A DNA stretch of 58,322 nt from a virus, in IMG/VR virus record IMGVR_UViG_3300034069_001746, one strand, 5' to 3'. Under the pieces are notes generated by a model. It was given only the letters and a program-made list of their open reading frames with translations, did no database searches and was not told the DNA's origin. This document shows, piece after piece, positions 21,021-31,013 of this stretch (its first letter is position 1; each line of letters opens with the position of its first letter). The translations under genes and the position numbers were made by a program.

Positions 21021-21689
21021 ATGATGATCCGTAAGTTCCTTGAAGATATGATTAAAGACGTGTTGAAGGTGAGTTCAACAGGCGTTTTAACCGATGAAGA
21101 AATTACTAAATTGTGTATCGATTACCAACGACCCATGATTGAGCCTTTTGTTTCCAGTCAGATCAAAGACCGCCTCTCTACAACGTGCGTTGATTTACCG
21201 TGCAGTAAACCCCTTCGTGAAAAGATTATTTCCTATGGTACATCTAGCATGGGATACGATGTTCGACTAGCCGACAAGTTCAAGATTTTCACCAACGTGT
21301 ACGGGGCCGTTATTGATCCCCTTAAAATGCCTGATGATGCCTATATCGATCATGAGGGAGAATATGTTGTTATTCCTCCCAACAGTTATGTTTTGGGTCA
21401 CACCATTGAGTATTTCAGAATGCCTGATGATGTGATGGCGATGTGTGTGGGTAAATCTACCTATGCCAGAGCAGGATGTGCTGTCAATGTTACGCCGATC
21501 GAACCGGGCTTTGAGGGAAATGTAGTCATTGAAGTAGCAAATCAGACCACATTACCGATGAAGGTGTATAGCAACATGGGCATCTCGCAATTTGTCTTCT
21601 TTCGCTCGGTCAGCAAGTGCCGAACGTCTTATGCTGATCGTAAGGGAAAGTACCAGGGTCAACGAGGGATTCAAACAGCTTTAGTGTGA
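21021..21689 (+). CDS. dcd: dCTP deaminase
   Basis: ISYGTSSMGYDVRL, GKSTYARAG, VNVTPIEPGFEG, SYADRKGKYQGQ. Confidence 0.95.
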   Translation: MMIRKFLEDMIKDVLKVSSTGVLTDEEITKLCIDYQRPMIEPFVSSQIKDRLSTTCVDLPCSKPLREKIISYGTSSMGYDVRLADKFKIFTNVYGAVIDPLKMPDDAYIDHEGEYVVIPPNSYVLGHTIEYFRMPDDVMAMCVGKSTYARAGCAVNVTPIEPGFEGNVVIEVANQTTLPMKVYSNMGISQFVFFRSVSKCRTSYADRKGKYQGQRGIQTALV

Positions 21690-21694
21690 CCAAT

Positions 21695-21725
21695 TAATAG
21701 GAGGGCTATCAAAGCCCTCCTATTA
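21695..21725. terminator. Bidirectional hairpin
   Basis: TAATAGGAGGGCT-atcaa-AGCCCTCCTATTA. Confidence 0.7.
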
Positions 21726-22070
21726 CTACTTTTTATTATTGCTGAAGTAAACTTTCACAGCATTTTGCAAATAGAGATCATGAAGTTTATCAGCGGCAGG
21801 AATAAAGCTTTCCCAAGCATCGTTGACATCGATATGCTTACCGCCTGTCTGGGACGCTAGATACTTAGCAAAATTGTTGATACCCTCTTCGTCCTTAGCA
21901 GCTGCTACGAACTTGATGTAATGAAGATAAGGAAGACCGATGTAGAAAAAGGTCATGGCTAGAAACAATCCCACCGTGATCATCACCGGTAGGAGATGAT
22001 TAGCAATGGTTTCAATATAGTGCATGGTAAAAAATCCTCTTGATCTCAAGGGAGTGACAGTGAATGTCAT
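21726..22070 (-). CDS. Small membrane protein
   Basis: One hydrophobic segment (LLPVMITVGLFLAMTFFYIGL). Confidence 0.55.
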   Translation of the reverse strand: MTFTVTPLRSRGFFTMHYIETIANHLLPVMITVGLFLAMTFFYIGLPYLHYIKFVAAAKDEEGINNFAKYLASQTGGKHIDVNDAWESFIPAADKLHDLYLQNAVKVYFSNNKK

Positions 22071-22144
22071 AACATCTGTTTTTAAACATTATTGCAGTCT
22101 TTGCTAACCAGATAATGTGACAGTATTAGGGACACTATCTTCTA

Positions 22145-23080
22145 ATGGACAAACAGAACTTAGTGCGTTTGGGAACACACGACGGAAATTTTCATGGTGA
22201 TGATGTTTTAGCCATGGCTATTTTGTCAACATTATACCCTTATCATCAGATCATTCGCAGTCGCGATCCAGACCTTCTTGATTTATGTGATATTCTGGTT
22301 GATGTGGGAGGTCACTATGACCATCACGGTAAACGCTATGATCATCACCTACACAATCCTCCCCTGGATAAAAACAAACATGTTCTATCTAGTGCTGGAT
22401 TAATCTGGCGTCACTATAGCACCGATTATCTTACAGCTATTGGTATTCCTAAGTCTTTTGACTATCAACAAAAAACCATTCATCTGATGAATGAGATTGA
22501 ACGCAACATTAATACCCATTGGATTGTTCCCATTGATCGATTGGACAATGGCGTCACCCAAGGATTTACGGCTATCTCTGAAGTGGTACGGGCCATGCGT
22601 CCCACTGATCCTCAGAAAACGGAAGCGTCGTTCAATCAGGCTTTTCTAGACACCGTTTCCATGGTGGCTCATCTATTTAAGCGTGCGTGTTTTCATTCAG
22701 CCGACCACATCATTGCTAAAACCAAGTGTATGATGGGAAAGAAGACCTTGTTGGAAGAAGGACAGATTGTGATATCAGAGTATCCTGTCCACTCCATTAA
22801 AGCTTATGTTGACAGTGTTGTTCATTTTGTTATCTATCCCTCATTTGAATATAAAGACAGTGATGCTGGTTTTGTGATACGTCTTATTCAGAATGCTGAT
22901 AAAGAATATCGTACCCCATTTCCTGAATCAGTGCTAGGATTACGAAGTGACGCCATTAAACAGGTATTAAACATAGATGGGATCTCCTATGTTCACCATG
23001 CTGGGTTTATGGCCCTGGCTGATACAGAAGAAAACGCTATCACATTGTGCCGTAAACTTCTGACATTCAGTAGTGAGTAA
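22145..23080 (+). CDS. MYG1 (UPF0160) family DHH-like exonuclease
   Basis: THDGNFHGDDVLA, RSRDP, LVDVGG, YDHH, LSSAGLIW, VHHAGF. Confidence 0.9.
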   Translation: MDKQNLVRLGTHDGNFHGDDVLAMAILSTLYPYHQIIRSRDPDLLDLCDILVDVGGHYDHHGKRYDHHLHNPPLDKNKHVLSSAGLIWRHYSTDYLTAIGIPKSFDYQQKTIHLMNEIERNINTHWIVPIDRLDNGVTQGFTAISEVVRAMRPTDPQKTEASFNQAFLDTVSMVAHLFKRACFHSADHIIAKTKCMMGKKTLLEEGQIVISEYPVHSIKAYVDSVVHFVIYPSFEYKDSDAGFVIRLIQNADKEYRTPFPESVLGLRSDAIKQVLNIDGISYVHHAGFMALADTEENAITLCRKLLTFSSE

Positions 23081-23099
23081 TCGCTATATTACCGTTATG
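23079..23099 (+). promoter_or_regulatory. Early promoter, AATCGC-TATATTAC-N5-TG
   Basis: TATATTAC at 23085-23092. Confidence 0.7.
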
Positions 23100-23119
23100 T
23101 AATTACAGAGGAGGAATGT

Positions 23120-24052
23120 ATGATTGACGATATTACCATTGTTGAATTTGATTCAAACAATAAAGCTCAGGTATCACGCGGAGTTGCTCTTATCACAGAC
23201 AACACCGATCCTGTTCTTTCATTTATTAAAAGTAACCAACCAACCATTACTTTTCAAACTCAACCTTTTCTGAAGATAGAAAGTTCTCTTGCTCCTGGTA
23301 CGAAAAATCTGATGCTAGAGAATTGGACAGAATGGCTTTCAATTTTGGTTGATACAGCTAAGCTGTATGTTGTCAATGGCGCTGCGATATCGCTTCCTTC
23401 TACACCCGGTAGATGTGTTTTTCGTATTTACTTGAATGAAAAGGTGTTCTACATCATCACCCGTCATGATGCCACTCATCAGGAAGTAGGAATTCCTCTT
23501 GAACTTAAAATGTTGAGAGGCGTTTGGGGAAACCCTGTAAAAGCACTTGTGCTTCAGGATCGACTAAAAGTTAGTGTTGATGCTAAAATGGTACCAGATG
23601 ATAAAGTAACAGAATGGAACCTGATATTCGACAAGCCTTTGTACGATTCAGAAATTGCCCAGCTTTGTCACTTTGGTAAACTTCAAGACGCCTATGATTT
23701 ATTCAGTAAAACTCACAATAACTACGTCGCAAGAGGTCTTAAAAACAGTATCGTTGCTAAAGAAATTGGTAAGTATCATTATTTTGAGTCAAATGACGGC
23801 TTAGTAAGATTTGTTGAATCATCTAATAATTCTGTTCTTCTTGGTAGTATCAGGTTAGCTATCAGCGCTATGTTTCTTCCTGATCACCTTAAGGCTTTGT
23901 TTCTTTCCAGGTACAATGAACTTGCTGCTGATGCTCTAGCCTATAACCAATCTGTAGATAATGCATCCATTGATTTTTATGACAAGCTGAGTGAGCTTAC
24001 CAGTGCGTGGAATTTCCTTCTTCCTTCTCAGCAGAACTATTATCAAGGATAG
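23120..24052 (+). CDS. Hypothetical protein
   Basis: 310 aa with a strong GGAGGA RBS. Confidence 0.7.
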   Translation: MIDDITIVEFDSNNKAQVSRGVALITDNTDPVLSFIKSNQPTITFQTQPFLKIESSLAPGTKNLMLENWTEWLSILVDTAKLYVVNGAAISLPSTPGRCVFRIYLNEKVFYIITRHDATHQEVGIPLELKMLRGVWGNPVKALVLQDRLKVSVDAKMVPDDKVTEWNLIFDKPLYDSEIAQLCHFGKLQDAYDLFSKTHNNYVARGLKNSIVAKEIGKYHYFESNDGLVRFVESSNNSVLLGSIRLAISAMFLPDHLKALFLSRYNELAADALAYNQSVDNASIDFYDKLSELTSAWNFLLPSQQNYYQG

Positions 24053-24057
24053 TCGCT

Positions 24058-24711
24058 ATGCCGAATGCGTCTTTAGCTATCATTGGAACAGCAGGAAGAG
24101 GCTCGGACAAAGACAAGCTTTCTGCAGATCATTACAAGCGCATGGTAAAGGTCTCGACCAAACTAATTGATCACCTGGGGTTCAATAAAAAAGAACTCCG
24201 GGTGTTTTCTGGCGGTGCTGCATGGGCTGACCATGTTGTTGTGACCCTAGGATTGGAAGGGGTAGTTGCTCCAGAGAATGTCACGCTGTACCTACCATGT
24301 GAGTATGATGAACGAGGCTTTTTAGGATATGGTGATAAAGCCGCTAAGACTGCTTCTACGGCTAATTATTATCACAGTGTCTTTTCCAAGATCATTGGTC
24401 AAAACAGCTTTGGTCAGATCCTAGAGGTAGCAAGACGGGGTGCTGCAGTATTTCCTGGTAATGGAAACTTCTTTACCCGTAATACCTTGGTTGCTCAATC
24501 CGTATCACCAGACGGAGTGTTACTGGCCTTTACCTTTGGTCAAGAAGGAACTGATCAAAAACCATGGACTCTTCGTCCAGCTGACCGAAACGCTATGGGA
24601 CGTGAAGGCGGTGTAAAAGACGGAGGAAGCGCAGATACGTGGGGAAAAGCTAAGTGTTTAAAATATCACGGATTACTGGGTTCGATTAATGAACAATTAA
24701 AACTGATATAA
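24058..24711 (+). CDS. SLOG-superfamily (DprA/YspA-like) nucleotide-binding protein
   Basis: AIIGTAGR, SGGAAWADH, FFTRNTLVA, GGSADT. Confidence 0.65.
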   Translation: MPNASLAIIGTAGRGSDKDKLSADHYKRMVKVSTKLIDHLGFNKKELRVFSGGAAWADHVVVTLGLEGVVAPENVTLYLPCEYDERGFLGYGDKAAKTASTANYYHSVFSKIIGQNSFGQILEVARRGAAVFPGNGNFFTRNTLVAQSVSPDGVLLAFTFGQEGTDQKPWTLRPADRNAMGREGGVKDGGSADTWGKAKCLKYHGLLGSINEQLKLI

Positions 24712-24723
24712 AGGTGAAAGATC

Positions 24724-25368
24724 ATGTCAGACAGCGTTGTTACAAAGAAAGGTATCTGTCTTCTTAACCCCGCCACACTTACTGCTGCTGTGAAGAAGAT
24801 CGAAGAAGATCATCCTGGTTGGTGGTGGAGTCTTTCACAGCGTCCAGGTAAAATCTCTTTATCTCTAGGACCAGGTCGCAATGGTCCTTCTCTTAATGAT
24901 CTGAAGCTTGCCTTTACCCATCAAGGTGACAGTGGTTTTCATTACGATGTTCACGTTAACCCGCATCAGCAAGAAGAAGAATTACTGATCTGGCTTAGTA
25001 CCGTTTCTTTGTCTATAAAACAGTCTCGTAACAATGCTGTTTTTCAAACAGGTGATCCTTTTGACCATCTTGTTGTTAGTGGTGAGTGGTATCGCAAACA
25101 AAGTGATTGGGATCTTGATTTCCTAAATCAGCAATATAGCCTATTCCTTAGTGATCTCCCCATGATCGAAGACAAGGGTCATTTGCTGAGTGAGATCTAC
25201 CTTGGTGCTTGTGATACCACAGCCGATTGTTCCTTAAGAGGTACAAGAGCAGATCACTCTAGCTTTGATGTTAGTGTTGATATTGCTGACCGAGATAAAG
25301 GAATTGGTGATTCTCTTCATTGGTCATTGATAGAGTTGAAAGACGATATTCTTACCACCAACGGTTAA
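24724..25368 (+). CDS. Hypothetical protein
   Basis: 214 aa; PGWWWS...GFHYD motif. Confidence 0.6.
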   Translation: MSDSVVTKKGICLLNPATLTAAVKKIEEDHPGWWWSLSQRPGKISLSLGPGRNGPSLNDLKLAFTHQGDSGFHYDVHVNPHQQEEELLIWLSTVSLSIKQSRNNAVFQTGDPFDHLVVSGEWYRKQSDWDLDFLNQQYSLFLSDLPMIEDKGHLLSEIYLGACDTTADCSLRGTRADHSSFDVSVDIADRDKGIGDSLHWSLIELKDDILTTNG

Positions 25369-25397
25369 AGAGTGTTTCTGACAAACACGGAGTAACT

Positions 25398-26818
25398 ATG
25401 TACATTCTTGCTTTAGCTATTGTTGTGGCAGCTCTTATTCTTCGTCGTTCGTCTCCTGTTAAGAGAGGGGGTCATCAACCTATGCCGGGAGGAAAACTAG
25501 GTAATCCTCCTAGGAGTATATCTGTCGTTTATCGACCGACGGGCAGACCTCTCCCTAGGACTCCGCCTCCCTCAGGAAATGATTAACATGACAGAATTAG
25601 ACCAGTTTATAACAGATCTCCATTCATCATGTGCTGTTCTTAGTCGTGGTAAAGCTACCATTATGAACAGCACCGTTGATGCTGTAGAGGTTAGAAACCT
25701 CTATGGTCAACATATTGTCTGGGGGATGTTTAGCATCGATAACCGAAAGGGTAAGTTTGTCGGCAAGCTTGCTAACAACGCTAACACTGAAGGAGTGATC
25801 TATGAACAAATTAACTGATTATCATCTAGTCCCAAAGAAGATCACTGAGGCCCAGGCTGATGTGCTAGGCATGCCTAGTCAAGTGTACGAGAAGGCTGTA
25901 GCTCACGCTGCTGGCTGGTCTGTAACCGGTTTTATGAATCGTGCTACCAGTAACAACGCACCAGCAGATACTCTTCCCACTCCCAGGTTAGCAATGCCTT
26001 TAGTGTCGGCCCGAATTAATCCTGATAAACTTGTTAAGAGCAGTCTTACTGTTCCTACAGAAGACCGTATTGAAAAGCTTCAGCCTCCTTTCTATATTCG
26101 CTGGACTAGGGGTCTTAATTACGAAGAGGCTTTTCTATGTGTGGAAGATGGTGAGCCTGACATGAGGGAATTTGCTACCGTTTCATACGGAATGGCTAAT
26201 CTATTCAAAGCAGGTCTTGAAGCACTTGCTTTAATTGAAAAGGAAAAAAGTCGTGGTTAAAATTGTTGATGAGCTTACCGCTCGTTTGGATAAAGCCGCC
26301 ATTGCAAGCTCTGACTTTAGTAGGAGAATGGCTGAAGATAAGTCTCTTCGTCAAACTGATAATCCTGAAGGTCGTAAAGATCTTTACATGTTTGCAAAGC
26401 CAGATCAAACATTAGAAGGTCAAGCATCCGATTTCATTAAAGGAGTAAAGGAGACTCTTGATGAAGCATTAAAGCGGTATCCTGATTCACATGGAGGACT
26501 TGCTTGGCTCGCTACTGCATGTGGAATTAACGCAGAAACACCTAGTGATATTCAACTAGCATGGGCTAAACAAGCTATAGAAGATAAAACAAGGTAACTA
26601 AAATGTCTTCTCACCTCTGGATTCTCTTTGGAATTATCTGGGTCCTATTAGGTCTACAAGGCCAACGCATGTTTGTGCGGTACATGAGATATCAATCTAA
26701 AGGATCAATGTACCGAGGTAAAATAAACAGGTGGATTTATGCAGCAATTATGGGACCTCTTGCTATTTTACTTATTCTACTTTTGATTTATCAATGGCAT
26801 TCTTCTGACGATGATTAA
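25398..26818 (+). CDS. Cluster of five small hypothetical genes (25398-25586, 25579-25818, 25802-26260, ~26253-26597, 26603-26818)
   Basis: Tightly packed, co-oriented ORFs; the first and last have hydrophobic segments. Confidence 0.55.
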
Positions 26819-26897
26819 CCAGATTAAATAGAGGGGGATTTAACCCTCTCTATTTTTTTTGTGTCTATGTTGTGATCTCTAATGAAAGATCACCGAT

Positions 26898-27221
26898 ATG
26901 AGTAATGTCACGGATCAGTTCACCCACAATCACCGCATCTATGATTTGGCTAAACTGCGAATCTTGATGCGTCCTTACAAAACAACATTCTTTCCCACCG
27001 ACAAACTTCTCTGGGTACTCAAATGGGATCACCCTCAAGAAGAGCGCGTCCAAAAGGCTAAGTTCAGATGGCCTTTGTTTATCACAAAAGACGGTAATCG
27101 GTATGTCGTGATCGATGGACTTCACCGATTGGAGAGAGCCCGACGATTGAAGTTGGGAATAGTTCCTGTTAAGGATGTTCCTCCTGATATTCTCAAACAA
27201 TGTCTTGTTACCCATAGTTAA
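26898..27221 (+). CDS. Stand-alone ParB/Srx-like domain protein
   Basis: PLFIT...YVVIDGLHRLERA...VPV. Confidence 0.7.
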   Translation: MSNVTDQFTHNHRIYDLAKLRILMRPYKTTFFPTDKLLWVLKWDHPQEERVQKAKFRWPLFITKDGNRYVVIDGLHRLERARRLKLGIVPVKDVPPDILKQCLVTHS

Positions 27222-27232
27222 AGAGACCAGGC

Positions 27233-27260
27233 CGAGAGAGGGCGTTAACGCCCTCTCTCG
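27233..27260. terminator. 28-bp perfect palindrome between convergent genes
   Basis: CGAGAGAGGGCGTT|AACGCCCTCTCTCG. Confidence 0.75.
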
Positions 27261-27263
27261 CCA

Positions 27264-27641
27264 CTAAGCTGTTTGTGATTTCATATAGTCGATGTAAGAC
27301 AAGACCACGCTTCTAAATAGCGAGTCTTTATACTTAGCAACAAGGGGTAACTGGTCGTAGGGTAAAAGACTGGGATGAGTCTTTAGCTGATCACTTTTGA
27401 TCGCACCATAACGCCAGCCCTGCTGAAGCTTATTATCTACCCAAGCTTGATGAGATTCTGCAGGAGTACGATTAGGCTTATCGAAATAGGCTTTTACGCC
27501 AGCAATGGCTGAAATGCGATTATGAGCTGGAGCTTCTACCCAAGGTTTTTGACTATAATCTCCTTCAGATTCACAATAAGCTTTGTTAGCTTCATGAGCC
27601 ATTTTTGCTATGGCAACAAAGTGCTTGGCCTCCACGTTCAT
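27264..27641 (-). CDS. RyR-domain protein, paralog 1
   Basis: HEANKAY...HQAWV..K.QQGWRYG..KS..LKTHPSLLPYDQLP...KYKD. Confidence 0.85.
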   Translation of the reverse strand: MNVEAKHFVAIAKMAHEANKAYCESEGDYSQKPWVEAPAHNRISAIAGVKAYFDKPNRTPAESHQAWVDNKLQQGWRYGAIKSDQLKTHPSLLPYDQLPLVAKYKDSLFRSVVLSYIDYMKSQTA

Positions 27642-28018
27642 GACAGATGTTCCTCCTTTACAAAATCAGCATAACTCTTGGTGACATAAAGCACTAACCA
27701 GTCCTTATATTTCTCAACAGAGCTGAGCTCAGCGTAAGGAATCATGGAAGGATGGGTCATTTTATCTTTGTCTTTGGTAGGACCGTATTTCCACCCATCA
27801 GACTTTTTGGTTTCAATCCAGATCTTGTGAACATCGTCAGGACTAAGTGTTGGACAATCACAAATAGCCCGCACCGCAGCCATGGCTGAATGGTGATTGT
27901 ATTCGGGAGCTTCAGACCAAGGTTTCTGGCTATTGTCTCCAATGGATTCACAAAATGCGCGGTTAACCTCATGCACAATTTGGGCTAAATCTTTTACAAC
28001 ATCGTCAGACACAAACAT
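27638..28018 (-). CDS. RyR-domain protein, paralog 2
   Basis: HEVNRAF...HKIW..K..DGWKYGPTKD..KMTHPSMIPYAEL...EKYKD. Confidence 0.85.
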   Translation of the reverse strand: MFVSDDVVKDLAQIVHEVNRAFCESIGDNSQKPWSEAPEYNHHSAMAAVRAICDCPTLSPDDVHKIWIETKKSDGWKYGPTKDKDKMTHPSMIPYAELSSVEKYKDWLVLYVTKSYADFVKEEHLS

Positions 28019-28088
28019 ACTGGATGCCTCTACGGGTTAAGGGAAACTGTATAAACATTACCATCATTCTTGTTGAAGGTAAAGATCG

Positions 28089-28367
28089 TTACTGAGGAGA
28101 ATGATAGGCATCACGGTGTTGTTGCATCAATGCGGGCTTTACCAATGTCTGGCAGGTTCCACAAGGAACTCGCTGTTGTTCATTTTCTTGTCGGTAGTGA
28201 TTAGTTAAAAAAGCAATATGTAGTTGGCGTCTAGTAAATTGGTGAAGATATTCTTCGGCAGATCGCCTGGTACCTTTATTAAGCTGTTTTTTCTTTTTAT
28301 GACCGGGGTGTACAGTATCATCATCGAATATGTGATCAGCAGCGCTAGTGGATTCAGGGTCAAACAT
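28089..28367 (-). CDS. Small protein with a C2H2-like zinc finger
   Basis: CGTC-x10-H-x4-H at the C-terminus. Confidence 0.5.
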   Translation of the reverse strand: MFDPESTSAADHIFDDDTVHPGHKKKKQLNKGTRRSAEEYLHQFTRRQLHIAFLTNHYRQENEQQRVPCGTCQTLVKPALMQQHRDAYHSPQ

Positions 28368-28462
28368 GGTTGGGTATTCCTTGCAACCATCTCAATATTA
28401 AGTGGTTCACAAAATAGTAACTTCTATGTAAGTAGGAGGAATCGTCCTCCTACTTACATCAT

Positions 28463-28975
28463 TCACTGACCCGAACGAACCAAATCGGTTTTAAGCTTTT
28501 CACGAATTTCCATCCATAATTTTCCTAGAGCATTTTGTCCGTCACCATTCGGTCCAATCCCGTAAAAATCATCTCGCCAGGAATTCTCTATAAGTTCACG
28601 GTTACCCGTCTGCATAAGCTTACGACGAACGTACTCGTGTTGTCTAACTTTGGTCATGAGAATAGCACGCATGATCCCAAGTTTGATTTCATCCCAATCC
28701 GGGCGTCTCATGGACTTATACGCTTGTGCAATCTGAAAGGCATCATGAGCAGAAGGAGCTGTTCTAATTCTTTCTTGAAGAATGTCTAAATCAATTTGTT
28801 TGTTGGGATCCAAATAGTTAAACTTCTCCCAATGATACACTGCATCAGAGGTATCAAAGCGCAGATTCTTCCAGATTACTGTAAAGGAACTAAAATTCGA
28901 GAGCCCGTAGTATTCCTGTTCGTAAAAGAAAACTTTGTCATCAGTGTCCAAGCCATGACATTCGTGATTCATCAT
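28463..28975 (-). CDS. NADAR (YbiA-like) family protein
   Basis: FFY...LSNF, RPDWDEIK, K..QH, L..TGNRELIENSWRDDFYG..G.GQNALGKLWMEIR. Confidence 0.92.
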   Translation of the reverse strand: MMNHECHGLDTDDKVFFYEQEYYGLSNFSSFTVIWKNLRFDTSDAVYHWEKFNYLDPNKQIDLDILQERIRTAPSAHDAFQIAQAYKSMRRPDWDEIKLGIMRAILMTKVRQHEYVRRKLMQTGNRELIENSWRDDFYGIGPNGDGQNALGKLWMEIREKLKTDLVRSGQ

Positions 28976-28985
28976 AGACTCCTAC

Positions 28986-29303
28986 TTATCTTGACGTTGA
29001 TCTAGTGTTGAACTGTGATAATGAAACTGAAACTGTTTGGGGACAATCAATAATACCTGCTTTGGTGTAACGGATAGTGATTCCTGTTCCTGTGGTAAGA
29101 TAATGACAACCAGTTTGGACGTCTTCCCAGACACTTCCCACTGCACTTGGATTCGAGTTGCCTAGTTCCTTTAAAACATCTGGGTCGTAAGCTATATGTT
29201 TGGCTTCTTCTTTCTTTGAATCAGGAAAAGAACATTGTGCTACCCCGACCGCCGCAACAGCAATCAAAGCCGCAACAAGACCATATTCTATCGCTGTTGC
29301 CAT
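28986..29303 (-). CDS. Flp/Tad pilin-like N-terminus fused to a small Cys-containing domain
   Basis: AAGGA RBS upstream of ATG 29303 gives M-ATAIEYGLVAALIAVAAV; C-terminal D-x2-TGCHYL...GIT-x-R motif. Confidence 0.7.
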   Translation of the reverse strand: MATAIEYGLVAALIAVAAVGVAQCSFPDSKKEEAKHIAYDPDVLKELGNSNPSAVGSVWEDVQTGCHYLTTGTGITIRYTKAGIIDCPQTVSVSLSQFNTRSTSR

Positions 29304-29400
29304 TCTGATATCCTTTTTAAAGGTAACGTACATTGATCTTCATGACATCACATGCTTCAGTTGTTTTATTTCTTTCCCTGTGAAGTCACCAATAAAGCTG

Positions 29401-29421
29401 AGTCACTATATTACCTACATG
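29401..29421 (+). promoter_or_regulatory. Early promoter, TCAC-TATATTAC-N5-TG
   Basis: TATATTAC at 29407-29414. Confidence 0.6.
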
Positions 29422-29516
29422 TAAGCAACTGAACAAGGAGATGTTTTTAATTTAACTCTCTTACCTATCTATGATTTGCAAGAAGCCTAGCTTTCTTGTG
29501 TCTTTAAACGTCTTTT

Positions 29517-29992
29517 GTGAACGGAAACAATAACATGACCGATACTACCGAACAGGGCAGTGAGAAGACCTACGACATCAACGATCATCAGCCCAACGAA
29601 AATGAGCATGTTGACGCTGGCGAGAACTCCAATGGTGGTCTCGACATGGGCGAGACCGCTGCTCAGCCTGATCCAGACAATGCCGACGAGTCGGGCAGCA
29701 CTGATGACAGTGACGGTGACAAGAGCTAATTGATTAATAATAAAGGAGAGCTGTACAGCTCTCCTTTATTACTGGAGGATATATGGGACAAACTCTAGAC
29801 GATCTTGCTACGGCCACCGACAATGACATAGCAGATCTTTCTTCTTTCAAAATCTCCAACAAGCTTTTGAATAAGATCGGTGAGCTAGCCCGAGACGCCT
29901 ATAGCTTGAAAGACAATTCTGACATGGAAGGATTGACCAAAGAAGAGTGGACATTGATTGAGGAAATTATCACGGGTTTTGAGAACCGTTAA
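29517..29992 (+). CDS. Two small acidic proteins (29517-29729, 29783-29992)
   Basis: D/E-rich short ORFs separated by a 34-bp palindrome at 29738-29771. Confidence 0.55.
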
Positions 29993-30012
29993 ACGTCAGA
30001 AGGATACCCATC

Positions 30013-30333
30013 ATGGCTAGTTTCTATTTCAACGCAGAAGGTCTTGAGCTGAAGAAGAAGACCGGCACTGTAGTATCTAGTGTTAAGGGTTCCACCATTA
30101 CGCTAGAACACACCAAAGATAAGCCAATCGAACTTTCTGAAGATACCATCAACAATCTAGGATTGAAGAAAGGCAGTAACGTTACGGTGGAGCCGATCAG
30201 TAACGGTTTCTTGATCAGTGCTACTCCAGCTAAGAAGCCAGCTGCATCCGCTACTAAAGGTAGCTCTCCTAGCGTTAGTGCTACACGCAGCGCGTCTGGT
30301 GGTATCCTTGATAAGCTTAAATCGCATCGTTAG
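30013..30333 (+). CDS. Small basic protein, possibly with an AbrB/MazE-like fold
   Basis: IELSEDTINNLGLKKGSNVTVEPISNGFLIS resembles the swapped-hairpin consensus. Confidence 0.4.
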   Translation: MASFYFNAEGLELKKKTGTVVSSVKGSTITLEHTKDKPIELSEDTINNLGLKKGSNVTVEPISNGFLISATPAKKPAASATKGSSPSVSATRSASGGILDKLKSHR

Positions 30334-30401
30334 TAGATAACACATTGTTAATTCAGGGGGCCTAAAAACCCTCTGGATTAGTGATTGCGTTGAAAGGTAG
30401 T

Positions 30402-31013
30402 ATGACTATGTCTACCGTTGTTCTTACCCCCACCCACATGGCATGCGATCATACTGTTCTTCACACCACCTATCCCCACCAGGCTGTGGTAGACTGCCAC
30501 CACCAAAAGATCTTCATCCCTCCCCACAAGAAATACATTATTGGTCATGTAGGTGAGTTTAACCCTGACGATATCAACCGTGATGAAACATGGGATCATC
30601 TGGGTTTATTGCTAGCGCTTCTTGTTGCTCATCAAAACAATAATGGATTTACGGTTTATGTGTTTCTAGATCAAATAAACCTAGCAGATACCGATCAATT
30701 TCTTAATTGCAAAAAAGCTCTTGATTACTACAAGAAAACTTTTGACTTTCTTTCCAAAACAATCATCGCCACCAAAACACAACGCTTTATTATTCAGTAT
30801 GACACAGAACACCATCATTTATTTGGTCGAGCGGTGGGACCTTATGTGGGTATTGGATCAGGAGGGATGCTAGCAGCAGGGATGCTTATTGGTAAAATGC
30901 CTTTAGAGACGATCTGGGAGCCTTTAAACAAGATGGATACCCAGACCTCTAGGGAACACACTAGTGTAGCTCTATCGTCTTTAAAATCAGCTCCTCTTAA
31001 AAGGAAGACCTAA
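30402..31013 (+). CDS. HslV/proteasome-beta-like Ntn hydrolase
   Basis: N-terminal (M)STVV...MACD, QKIF and IGSGG motifs. Confidence 0.6.
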   Translation: MTMSTVVLTPTHMACDHTVLHTTYPHQAVVDCHHQKIFIPPHKKYIIGHVGEFNPDDINRDETWDHLGLLLALLVAHQNNNGFTVYVFLDQINLADTDQFLNCKKALDYYKKTFDFLSKTIIATKTQRFIIQYDTEHHHLFGRAVGPYVGIGSGGMLAAGMLIGKMPLETIWEPLNKMDTQTSREHTSVALSSLKSAPLKRKT

